From positions 1 through 64,000 of IMG/VR virus record IMGVR_UViG_3300007609_001079: a stretch of DNA of 64,000 nt, one strand, 5' to 3'. Shown in pieces: positions 29,105 through 37,833 of this stretch (the stretch's first letter is position 1; every line of letters starts with the position of its first letter). The translations under genes were made by a program, and so were the position numbers. This stretch comes from a virus. Under the pieces are notes generated by a model, which saw only the letters and a list, made by a program, of their open reading frames with translations, did no database searches and was not told where the DNA came from.

Positions 29105-30395
29105 CTGATAGTTTTAAATCCTTTCTATATGGTATTGACTCATACCATTCTTTATATTCAGGAATAATATCTAAAAATCTATATTTTTCTTCCCTACCAT
29201 CATCTAAAATTTCGGTTGTGTGTTTTAAAACCTTTTCAATTCGTTCTCTTGGTTCAGATAAGGGTTCATCCATAAAATTAAATAAAGATTCATACTTAGG
29301 TCTTAATGCATTAGCCTCTTCTTCATTTAATGATTTTAAATGTTGTATGTATCTTTTTTTAGTTTCGTTCTTTAAATCATCGGGTAATATATTAATAGAA
29401 TAATGAAATGGATTTGTCAATACATTATTTAAATGAATATTCCAATGAGGTACTCCTAACCTTTTCCAATACTCAATATACTCAGGAATATACATTACAT
29501 TAAAAATATTAGTCGTACATGATATATGGAAGTTTATATGATTATTTATACATTTTTTTATATTTTCTTCAATAATATCCCATTTTGTACCCTTACGAGA
29601 ATATTCTGCATTTTTACCAACACCATCTATTGATGCAAATATAGTTACGTTTCCATAATCCTTTTCTATAAATGGTTTCCATAACTCTAAGTTATCATAT
29701 TGTTTAAATTTAAGATAACCTAAGTTTGTATTATATCGTAATCGTAGATTAGTATTACCAACCTCTACAAGTTTTTGTAAAATATAATAATGTTCTTCCA
29801 TTAAAAGGGGTTCACCACCTGCAAAATATATTTCTTCTACATCATTAATAAATTCATCTAAATAAAGATTAATATCTTTTTGAGAATAATTATTAACATT
29901 TATAATAGCTTGAGGTAACTCAGAACCACCGAATATTTTAACTTCATCTTCATACCACTTTGAAGATAAAAAAGAACCACACATTCTACATTTCATATTA
30001 CATAAATTGGAAAATCTAAAATCCCAATAAAGTAATTTAAAATCATTATTATGCCCATCCGCAGTTGTATTTTTAGTAATATCAGGTATATGTTTTTCAT
30101 ACCATCTATTAGAAGATGTCCTTGTAGAATCTAAAGAGTTTTTTTCTTGTTGAAAACACTTTCTACAATTATAATGCTTCTTTCCTTCCAGCATATACTG
30201 ACGGATTTCTTTCATTTTTTTATTATTCCACAACTCTTCTAATGTGTTGTGTTTTAGATTTCCAATCTCTTCTCTCCAATCAGTAAGACAGCATGGATAT
30301 ACATTACCATTTGGCCACGTGTTTAAATGTAACCAAGGTAAAACACAAAATGTTTTACTAATTTTATCACCAGGATTTTCTAATTGTTCACTCAT
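29079..30395 (-). CDS. Radical SAM protein with N-terminal twitch domain
   Basis: CVLPWLH...GNVYPCC...IGNL...LEELWN...CRKC; CNMKCRMC; GGEP. Confidence 0.92.
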   Translation of the reverse strand: MSEQLENPGDKISKTFCVLPWLHLNTWPNGNVYPCCLTDWREEIGNLKHNTLEELWNNKKMKEIRQYMLEGKKHYNCRKCFQQEKNSLDSTRTSSNRWYEKHIPDITKNTTADGHNNDFKLLYWDFRFSNLCNMKCRMCGSFLSSKWYEDEVKIFGGSELPQAIINVNNYSQKDINLYLDEFINDVEEIYFAGGEPLLMEEHYYILQKLVEVGNTNLRLRYNTNLGYLKFKQYDNLELWKPFIEKDYGNVTIFASIDGVGKNAEYSRKGTKWDIIEENIKKCINNHINFHISCTTNIFNVMYIPEYIEYWKRLGVPHWNIHLNNVLTNPFHYSINILPDDLKNETKKRYIQHLKSLNEEEANALRPKYESLFNFMDEPLSEPRERIEKVLKHTTEILDDGREEKYRFLDIIPEYKEWYESIPYRKDLKLSDALYENGE

Positions 30396-30397
30396 AT

Positions 30398-31753
30398 CTA
30401 TGCTTCTATTTTTTGTATAGTATCAAACCATTCTATAAATTGAGTTGGTAGATAATCTTCTATTGGTTTTTGTCTACGTTTAGCGTATTGTTCTACAAAG
30501 TTTTTGAAATCATTATGTTTATTTTCCATATTATCGGAATCTTCATATGATACATCAACTTTTCTTAAATAGGTAAGTAATCGTTCATAGTGATTAATTT
30601 CCCACTCCTTCATCCAATCTTTATTTTCCTTAATTGTTTTTTCTAATCTATCAGCAACTGCGTTTTTAACGTCTTGAGAAATAATATTTACTGATTGGAA
30701 TGATGGGAATCTTAAAATATTTACACTCATATAGAATGCTTCTTTATCATTAAATTCTTTTCGCCACCCAACAATCTTTTGTAAAAATTCATCTACACTC
30801 CATATGGATAATGCTGATATTGTCATCATAATATGTACTGAACGAATATTTTCAGAATGATATGCTCGTAATATGTTCTTTTCCCAAGTATCCCATTCAA
30901 ACCCATCTCTTACAAATTCTTGTAATTCACCAATACATTCTGCAGAAGTATAAACATCAAATGATTTAAAGTTTTTTGCGGCATCTAATAGAGTATCCAT
31001 TCTCTCATCTTCTAAGATAAGATTTGAATTTACTGCGAAATCAAATGTTTCGTTATCACACATCTCAAGTAATTGCCAAAACGAAGGGGAACGAGCAGGT
31101 TCTCCACCCGATACTCTTAATTCTTGTAATCCTCCTCTGATTTCTTCGAACCACTCATAGAATTTCTCAATATAAGGGTTGTTTATGTTTTTGTTACCAT
31201 ATGGCATTGCGTGGTGACCAGTATTCTTAAAAGTAAAACCACCAGTTGTTTTCATATTCTGATAAGGTCCTCCACGAGAAATATCTTGATGCCAAGTTGA
31301 TGAGAATTCAGCGTTACAATAAGAACAAGCTAAATTACATAAGTTATCAAATGCCAATTCAACTGTTTTTGGAATTACGTTTGCATCCCAAGGCATATTT
31401 TGAATTGCCTTTACTTCCTCATCGGTATATCTGTAAGTTTGATAAACTCTATCAGAAAATAAACCACTATCTTTTTTAGCGGCATCTTCCACTCTCCAGC
31501 AATAAGAACATTCAGATGGCCTTTCACCATTTAACATTAACTTACGTTGTTCTTTTTTAAATTTGGTATTATGTAAAGCCGTTTTGTTTTCTAACAACTC
31601 ACCCTTTGGTATAGAGTGTGCGAGTGGGTGGTGACAAGAAGCGGTTCTTCCATTACCTAACCAAATAGATACATTGTACCATTTAGCTGCACAAAAGGAA
31701 GTTGATATAGAATCAATTAACTTCGCTGTATTTTGTAAACTTTTTTCTGACAT
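30398..31753 (-). CDS. Radical SAM protein with N-terminal twitch domain (AKW/SCHH subtype)
   Basis: FCAAKW...SCHHP...ECSYCW; CNLACSYC; GGEP. Confidence 0.9.
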   Translation of the reverse strand: MSEKSLQNTAKLIDSISTSFCAAKWYNVSIWLGNGRTASCHHPLAHSIPKGELLENKTALHNTKFKKEQRKLMLNGERPSECSYCWRVEDAAKKDSGLFSDRVYQTYRYTDEEVKAIQNMPWDANVIPKTVELAFDNLCNLACSYCNAEFSSTWHQDISRGGPYQNMKTTGGFTFKNTGHHAMPYGNKNINNPYIEKFYEWFEEIRGGLQELRVSGGEPARSPSFWQLLEMCDNETFDFAVNSNLILEDERMDTLLDAAKNFKSFDVYTSAECIGELQEFVRDGFEWDTWEKNILRAYHSENIRSVHIMMTISALSIWSVDEFLQKIVGWRKEFNDKEAFYMSVNILRFPSFQSVNIISQDVKNAVADRLEKTIKENKDWMKEWEINHYERLLTYLRKVDVSYEDSDNMENKHNDFKNFVEQYAKRRQKPIEDYLPTQFIEWFDTIQKIEA

Positions 31754-33111
31754 AACTTATAATAATTATTTAACTCTTTAAATGTGGTTTGAAAATTTGT
31801 ATTTCTTCGTTTATCATATTCATCTATAAAATTAACAAAATCACTTCTATTTTTTGTTGTTGTTACTTCATCATATGTGTTGTTATACATATGAGATATT
31901 AATCCTTGAAGTTGGTTTATTTGCTCATTAGTTAAACACCCATCTCCATTTTCATAAACACCCCAAGTTCTTTCTTGGATAAGTTCTTCAACATCTTTTT
32001 TAAATTTATCTTTTGTTTCTGTATCTAGATTTACAATAGATAAAAATTCAGGATATATTAAGAAATTATTTACAAATTGAATTTTGTTATAATCAACTTC
32101 CTTGTTATAAATAGAACGAAGTTCTAAAAGGTATCTCACAAACTCACAATAGGATTCTATTGTTAGAATATTTACTGCTGTCATACAAGATGCGAGTACA
32201 TTTTTTACATTTGAAAGAACTTTTTCAAAGTTTTTTTGCCAAACTTCATATTTTAATCCATACCTAATATATTCATTTTGAGAACCAACCGATTCTCCAC
32301 TTGTGAATATTTGTATTTCTTTTACTTTACCATCTAACTGATTTAATTTATCAATAAGTTTATCGATTAAGTTATCAGGTACCATTAAGTTGGTATTTAC
32401 ACAAAATATTAAATTAGGATTTGGATTTTCAATCAACTCATCCATTACCTTCCAAGTATCTTTTGATAAAAGTGGTTCACCACCTGTGATTCTTAATGTG
32501 TGTAATTTTGGATAAAGTTCTGGCCACCATTTCCAAAAGGCATCTACATATGGATTTTCTTCTGATTGTTTATAAGTTCGTTTATCTTCTTCTAATTTAT
32601 TGTAATTATTTGAAGTTGGATATGAACCAAATCTTTCTATTTCTTCTAACCAAGTTGTGGAATTTGAATGAGTACAATATGCACATTTCATATTACATGT
32701 ATTCGAAAAGGAAACCTCTAAATAACTTGGTTCTATATCTCTGGTACCTTTTTCTAAGATTTCATCTTTTTTAATTTGAGAAAAAGAATTACCAGATTTA
32801 TAAATTCTTTCAGAAAAGTAATTATCACCTAAATCTTCAATCTTCCAACAATATTCACATTCACTCGGTCTATCACCTCGCAACATCTTTTTCATTTGTT
32901 GCTTTTTATATCTAGTATTATGAAGTGCTTTTGGATTTCTCTGAACTTCTCTTAATGGTATTTTATGAGGTGATGGATAATGACAGGAATGGTTATATCC
33001 ATTTTGTAAGTAAAGTGTTAATTGTGACCATTTAGCTAAACAGAAACTTGATGATACTTTACCAAGTTCCTTCTTAACTTTTAAATGATGTTCCATTACA
33101 GTTTGCCACAC
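31717..33111 (-). CDS. Radical SAM protein with N-terminal twitch domain (AKW/SCHH subtype)
   Basis: FCLAKW...SCHYP...ECEYCW; CNMKCAYC; GGEP. Confidence 0.9.
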   Translation of the reverse strand: MWQTVMEHHLKVKKELGKVSSSFCLAKWSQLTLYLQNGYNHSCHYPSPHKIPLREVQRNPKALHNTRYKKQQMKKMLRGDRPSECEYCWKIEDLGDNYFSERIYKSGNSFSQIKKDEILEKGTRDIEPSYLEVSFSNTCNMKCAYCTHSNSTTWLEEIERFGSYPTSNNYNKLEEDKRTYKQSEENPYVDAFWKWWPELYPKLHTLRITGGEPLLSKDTWKVMDELIENPNPNLIFCVNTNLMVPDNLIDKLIDKLNQLDGKVKEIQIFTSGESVGSQNEYIRYGLKYEVWQKNFEKVLSNVKNVLASCMTAVNILTIESYCEFVRYLLELRSIYNKEVDYNKIQFVNNFLIYPEFLSIVNLDTETKDKFKKDVEELIQERTWGVYENGDGCLTNEQINQLQGLISHMYNNTYDEVTTTKNRSDFVNFIDEYDKRRNTNFQTTFKELNNYYKLCQKKVYKIQRS

Positions 33112-34511
33112 TCCTCGTAAAATTCTGCTAATTCTGGAAAAGTTTCTTTGAAGTTAGTACCTCTACGTTCATCATGAGCTTTAAACATATTGTAGAAGTT
33201 TCTACGAAGTTTATTCTGTTCACTTTCATCTATTGGTTCATCAAACCAATCTATAATTCTTCGTATTTTTCCAATCTCAATTTGAGTAAATCCTAAATAC
33301 CAATCTTTCCATTCTTCTATTTCCCAAAGTGGTTTAATAGTATGTAAAGTTTCCATTTGAATTGCAATAGATTCCAAAGTATCTCTCCATTCTTTTGGTA
33401 AAATTTTTACAATCTGATGGGTGGGATATCTTAGATAAGCAGAATCTAAAGTTAAAGCGGTTACCCAATATCTATCTGGTGAATTGTGTTTTACCTTTTG
33501 TTCAAATACCCAATCCACTAAATCAGCATATTTTGGAACTGATAAAGCATTGAAGGTACTCATCACTGCTATTGATAATTTTTTAGTTTTTGAAAGTAGT
33601 TCATCAACTCTACGTTGCCATTCATCAAATTCTAGACCATTTCTAATATAATCTGCTTGTTTACCAAAAGTATCAACTGATGTAAATATTGTGAGTTCCG
33701 ATACTCTACCACTTTCTTCCAATTGAACTAACTTCTCTACCAATTTATCATAAAGAACAGCAGGTACACCTAAGTTAGAATTTATAGATAATTTTAAATT
33801 AGTGTTTGGGTTATCAGTAGTAAGAATGTGGTCAATTACTTTCCAAAAATCAGGAGACATTGAAGGTTCACCACCGGTAATCCTAAAAGTGTGCATATCT
33901 TTATACAAATCTGGCCACCATTCCCAAAACGCATCTACATATGGATTTGGTTCAGAATGTTTATAAGGCATTTTACCAACTTCCTCAAACCACTCTAAAT
34001 TATTAAAGTTATCAGTAGTGGGATATGCACCATGTTTTTTTAATTCAGTTACCCATGCTGATGAATATTGAGGTCCACAATATGAACATTTAAAGTTACA
34101 TGCATTTGAAAAAGCAACCTCAACATATTTTGGATTATAGTTTTTTCTCCAAGGAGTATTTTTAATTTCATCAAAAAATGGTTCTGACCAAGGTTCTGAT
34201 GATTTATATGTTCTATCAGAAAACTCCGGTCCACTGTCCTCAACTTTCCAACAGTAATCACATTCATCAGGCCTACCACCTTCTAACATCTCCTTACGTT
34301 GACGTTTTTTATGTTTGGTATTATGAAGTGCGGTTGGGTTTCTTCTTAATTCTAATAATGGAATTTTATGAGGTATAGGGTGGTGACAAGAATGTGTTTC
34401 ACCATTTTGCAAATGAATTGTAACTTGTGTCCATTTTGCTAAACAAAAACCACAACCAGTTTCGTTTAATTTATCCCTTAAATCGTAAAGTTCTCCTCTA
34501 TGGTCTATCAT
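33096..34511 (-). CDS. Radical SAM protein with N-terminal twitch domain (AKW/SCHH subtype)
   Basis: FCLAKW...SCHHP...ECDYCW; CNFKCSYC; GGEP. Confidence 0.9.
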   Translation of the reverse strand: MIDHRGELYDLRDKLNETGCGFCLAKWTQVTIHLQNGETHSCHHPIPHKIPLLELRRNPTALHNTKHKKRQRKEMLEGGRPDECDYCWKVEDSGPEFSDRTYKSSEPWSEPFFDEIKNTPWRKNYNPKYVEVAFSNACNFKCSYCGPQYSSAWVTELKKHGAYPTTDNFNNLEWFEEVGKMPYKHSEPNPYVDAFWEWWPDLYKDMHTFRITGGEPSMSPDFWKVIDHILTTDNPNTNLKLSINSNLGVPAVLYDKLVEKLVQLEESGRVSELTIFTSVDTFGKQADYIRNGLEFDEWQRRVDELLSKTKKLSIAVMSTFNALSVPKYADLVDWVFEQKVKHNSPDRYWVTALTLDSAYLRYPTHQIVKILPKEWRDTLESIAIQMETLHTIKPLWEIEEWKDWYLGFTQIEIGKIRRIIDWFDEPIDESEQNKLRRNFYNMFKAHDERRGTNFKETFPELAEFYEECGKL

Positions 34512-35353
34512 ACTGAAACTATTTTATCTATAAGTATTTCCCATTGTGAATAACTCTGATGATAATTTTCATCCATTTTTTCAATGTGGAAATCTGGATT
34601 ATCTATATCGATTTTCCAATCATTTAATTGTATCCCTCGATACATTTTTTTATATTCCTGCCAATAAGTGTAATCTTCTTTCGTTTCACTTACTTCTTTT
34701 AATCTTTCTAAAACAGTTGAATCCCATTTAAAATGATGAACTTGTACAAATCCTTCACCTTTACCAATTGGATATTTCTTTTTATGAAATTTCCCCCAGC
34801 TGTTTTTACCATCTTCACCTACAATTGCATAGTGTTGACCCGAAGTTACATCAACCGAACCTTTCATTACACAAACTTTGTTAGGACAAGCCCCACTCAT
34901 TGGATATCTAAAAAATCCTGCTAATGGGAAAGATTTCCAAATATCCGTATATCTGTGAACATTTGGAAACTTCCCTCCTTCTCCTATCCTATCGAGAAAT
35001 CCACCTGTGATAAACTCCCATCCATTTTCTTCACATTCTTTTATCATCTTACGAATGTTTTTTGGATACAAGTGAAATTCATCATCATCCGCAACCACCC
35101 ACCATTCATCTGGTTTAGTTTGCTTTACTTTGTTATATAATTCAGTTACCTTCTCCCAATTAAATTTAGGTTCTGTAACCACCATATAAGGTTCCACACC
35201 ACACTTCTTTACTTCTTCAAGTATTCCATCATCTTCACTCTGTCTATACACCACAACGAAGATTTCATCTACCATCGATTCGTAATGTTTTAACATATGT
35301 GGAAATAATGTAGTATTGTGTCCTACAACCGTAACTAAATTTAATTTTTGCAT
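34508..35353 (-). CDS. GT-A fold (GT2-like) glycosyltransferase
   Basis: MLKHYE...VDEI, WWVVADDDEF (DxD-type), late GQH and VHHFKW motifs. Confidence 0.7.
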   Translation of the reverse strand: MQKLNLVTVVGHNTTLFPHMLKHYESMVDEIFVVVYRQSEDDGILEEVKKCGVEPYMVVTEPKFNWEKVTELYNKVKQTKPDEWWVVADDDEFHLYPKNIRKMIKECEENGWEFITGGFLDRIGEGGKFPNVHRYTDIWKSFPLAGFFRYPMSGACPNKVCVMKGSVDVTSGQHYAIVGEDGKNSWGKFHKKKYPIGKGEGFVQVHHFKWDSTVLERLKEVSETKEDYTYWQEYKKMYRGIQLNDWKIDIDNPDFHIEKMDENYHQSYSQWEILIDKIVSV

Positions 35354-36120
35354 CTTTGTAATATCGTTAAACCTGTTGAAGATGGTTTACTTCTAAATAT
35401 ACCATTATTGAATAAGTTGAAAATTTCCCAATCACTATCCTGCTTTAATTCTTTAATTAATTGAGCGGGTCCATTTGCATATTCTTGATGAAATCCTTCT
35501 CTGATATCATCTGTTATATAATGTTCTTTTTCAAATGAGATATCAGTATCGTGAATAGAAATTATACCATGTGGTTGAAGTAATTGAGAATATAATTCAA
35601 AATCTTGTTTTACATCTTCATAGGAATGACCAGCATCAATATGTAGATAATCTATTTTTATATCTTCTTTAACAAAAAAATCATAGAAAGCTCGTTCGGT
35701 AGTTGTAAGTAATAACCTTGGGTCAAAGTTTTTTCTAAAGAAAGAATTCTCATCAGTCCAATCGGTAAATCCACCAACTCCATTTGATGCATCTACAAGG
35801 TACGTTGAACCAATATCACCCCAATTTATATCATTATTTCCTCCAAAGATTCCAGCCTCGTATAAATCGAATCTTGCTTGTGTCATTATCCGTGGAATAA
35901 ATCCTCCACCACTTCCTAAACATACACAAGTTTTAGCACGAAGATAATGAATTAAAGAATAAATTAACAACCCATCACCCAAATGTAAATCACCAGCGCC
36001 ATGAGTCCATCGATATTTAATAGGAGTATGAACCTCGTACTCTCTATTAGTGTCATCTGTCTTAGTGTCTAAGTTATGGGTTATAAAGTCTTTTATATAT
36101 TTTGTATTAAGTATACTCAT
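35341..36120 (-). CDS. Class I SAM-dependent methyltransferase (Methyltransf_24-like)
   Basis: CLGSGGG, IDYLHIDAGHSYEDVKQDF, GIISIHD. Confidence 0.85.
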   Translation of the reverse strand: MSILNTKYIKDFITHNLDTKTDDTNREYEVHTPIKYRWTHGAGDLHLGDGLLIYSLIHYLRAKTCVCLGSGGGFIPRIMTQARFDLYEAGIFGGNNDINWGDIGSTYLVDASNGVGGFTDWTDENSFFRKNFDPRLLLTTTERAFYDFFVKEDIKIDYLHIDAGHSYEDVKQDFELYSQLLQPHGIISIHDTDISFEKEHYITDDIREGFHQEYANGPAQLIKELKQDSDWEIFNLFNNGIFRSKPSSTGLTILQRCKN

Positions 36121-36160
36121 TTTGTCACTGCTTTAGTGCTGTCCCCCTGCCCCCTATGGT

Positions 36161-36170
36161 TATAAGTATA
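36161..36170 (-). promoter_or_regulatory. TATACTTATA variant of the late promoter motif
   Basis: One mismatch; ~41 nt upstream of the methyltransferase ATG, heading the MTase-GT2-radical SAM run. Confidence 0.5.
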
Positions 36171-36218
36171 GAGAATTTAATGAAACGTATATATTTATAT
36201 AAAAATATATAAAATAAT

Positions 36219-37280
36219 TTAGAAAAATGAAATCATTTGTGTTCTGACTTGGTCTATCCAGTCTTTTTTATTATCGTACTTTTTTAAGTATTCTATTAAT
36301 TTATTTCTTTCTTCTACACGAGTTTCATGCGAATCCTTTAATATTTGTTTAATACAACCATCAAATTCATTTTTCGTACTTGCTCGGTATTTATACTCCA
36401 CATCTTTACACCAATCTGTATTAATTATTGGTAATTTTCCGTAATCTAACGCCTGAAAAATTGAATAACCGAATGGTTCTTTAAAATATGCTCCATGAAA
36501 TATTCCCCAAGTTTTACCCATAAATGCTTGATAAATGTTTGGATTCCATTGATATAAATCTACAGTGGGTAACGTAAATGATGAAGTATCTTTTAAATTT
36601 TGAACATCTCTCTGGTCTGTTAAGGCGTATCCTTTTGTTATACCATTCATCCAATGTAAACATTTACGAGATTCTGCTCTAGCAGCAAATCCAACTTCAC
36701 CATTATCAACATGAGTAGTTAATTGTGCTGGCCCTTGAAACTCATAATAGTTTGGAATTGTATAAGTGTAATTTGGAAATTTTTCTTTCATCGAAGTTGG
36801 GTTCATACCAATCCAAATTCTTCGCTTACATGTCATTATAAACTCATCGTAGAAATTTACATCTACTTTGGTTTGTAATTGTATCCTATCTAATTCTGGC
36901 ATCTTTTTCATTACATCTGTCATATCTCGTGGATATGCATGAACGAAAATTATTCCAAACTTATCTTCGTGTTTCCAAAGATGTTCTCGGTAATGATAGT
37001 TTCCATGAAGGAAGTGTATCCACTCTGATTCTTCACACCACTCTTGAGTTATATCTTCATCATCAAAGTGAAAATGATATTTTAATCCTTTTGGTAAAGA
37101 TTCTGGTTTAAAGTTTCCGGGTCTTTTAGAATCTATTAATAATCGGTAATATCGATGATTTGGTAAGAGAGGCCAAACTTCTTTTAGAAAGTTATTTACC
37201 CATATATCCGCCCCACCTTGAACAGTATTTCCTGCTCCAGTTGCCACTAGTAAAAAGTATGGTGGTTTCTTATCTGACAC
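36219..37280 (-). CDS. GT-B fold (GT4-like) glycosyltransferase
   Basis: N-terminal QGGADIWV, ARAESRK, EPFGYSIFQALDYGKLPI (EX7E-like region); GTG start. Confidence 0.7.
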   Translation of the reverse strand: MSDKKPPYFLLVATGAGNTVQGGADIWVNNFLKEVWPLLPNHRYYRLLIDSKRPGNFKPESLPKGLKYHFHFDDEDITQEWCEESEWIHFLHGNYHYREHLWKHEDKFGIIFVHAYPRDMTDVMKKMPELDRIQLQTKVDVNFYDEFIMTCKRRIWIGMNPTSMKEKFPNYTYTIPNYYEFQGPAQLTTHVDNGEVGFAARAESRKCLHWMNGITKGYALTDQRDVQNLKDTSSFTLPTVDLYQWNPNIYQAFMGKTWGIFHGAYFKEPFGYSIFQALDYGKLPIINTDWCKDVEYKYRASTKNEFDGCIKQILKDSHETRVEERNKLIEYLKKYDNKKDWIDQVRTQMISFF

Positions 37281-37298
37281 TTTTATTATAACCTTTTA

Positions 37299-37308
37299 TA
37301 TAAATATA
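37299..37308 (-). promoter_or_regulatory. TATATTTATA putative late promoter
   Basis: Exact 10-mer ~19 nt upstream of the 37280 start. Confidence 0.7.
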
Positions 37309-37311
37309 CAT

Positions 37312-37833
37312 TTAATCATTTATTTGATTTTTAGTTAACCAAAACACTAATACATAACGAGTACCACTTAAAACACTTTCAACTTGGTGGTTTAAATTTG
37401 AATCAAACATTACCATGTTACCACAACTTCTATCCGAACAATATGATGTTTTATCACCATTTTCATCAAAATCCCATATGATTAAATCACCCCCATTGTA
37501 TTCCGCTTTATCAGATAATTGTATAGATACGGATTTATATCTATCTTCATGACCAACCCCACTATCTATATGATTATCAAAATACTGCCCTTCTTTATAT
37601 CGAACAACGGTAACCACATCTGGTAATGATATTATATTATATTTACTTAGTTTTGTAAGTAAAAGTTCTTCAACTTCTTTATTTGAATAAAATGAATGTT
37701 CATAACAGGTTCTATCATCGGTTATTTCAACTGTTATTCCATCATTTGTAATTCCACTACGTACAAATTCTCCACAGAGTGATAGAATTTTTTCACATTC
37801 TTTTTTGGTAAAAATTATATCTTGTTGTATCAT
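37312..37833 (-). CDS. 2OG-Fe(II) oxygenase (prolyl-hydroxylase/PKHD-like)
   Basis: RYKEGQYFDNHID, YNGGDL, HQVESVLSGTRYVLVFW. Confidence 0.9.
   Translation of the reverse strand: MIQQDIIFTKKECEKILSLCGEFVRSGITNDGITVEITDDRTCYEHSFYSNKEVEELLLTKLSKYNIISLPDVVTVVRYKEGQYFDNHIDSGVGHEDRYKSVSIQLSDKAEYNGGDLIIWDFDENGDKTSYCSDRSCGNMVMFDSNLNHQVESVLSGTRYVLVFWLTKNQIND

Noticed and set aside
11225-37833. Host O-antigen/capsule island or chimeric assembly
   Set aside because: Same strand, tight coupling and the same promoter motif as the phage genes; no wzx/wzy/ABC export genes; paralogs recur among phage replication genes.
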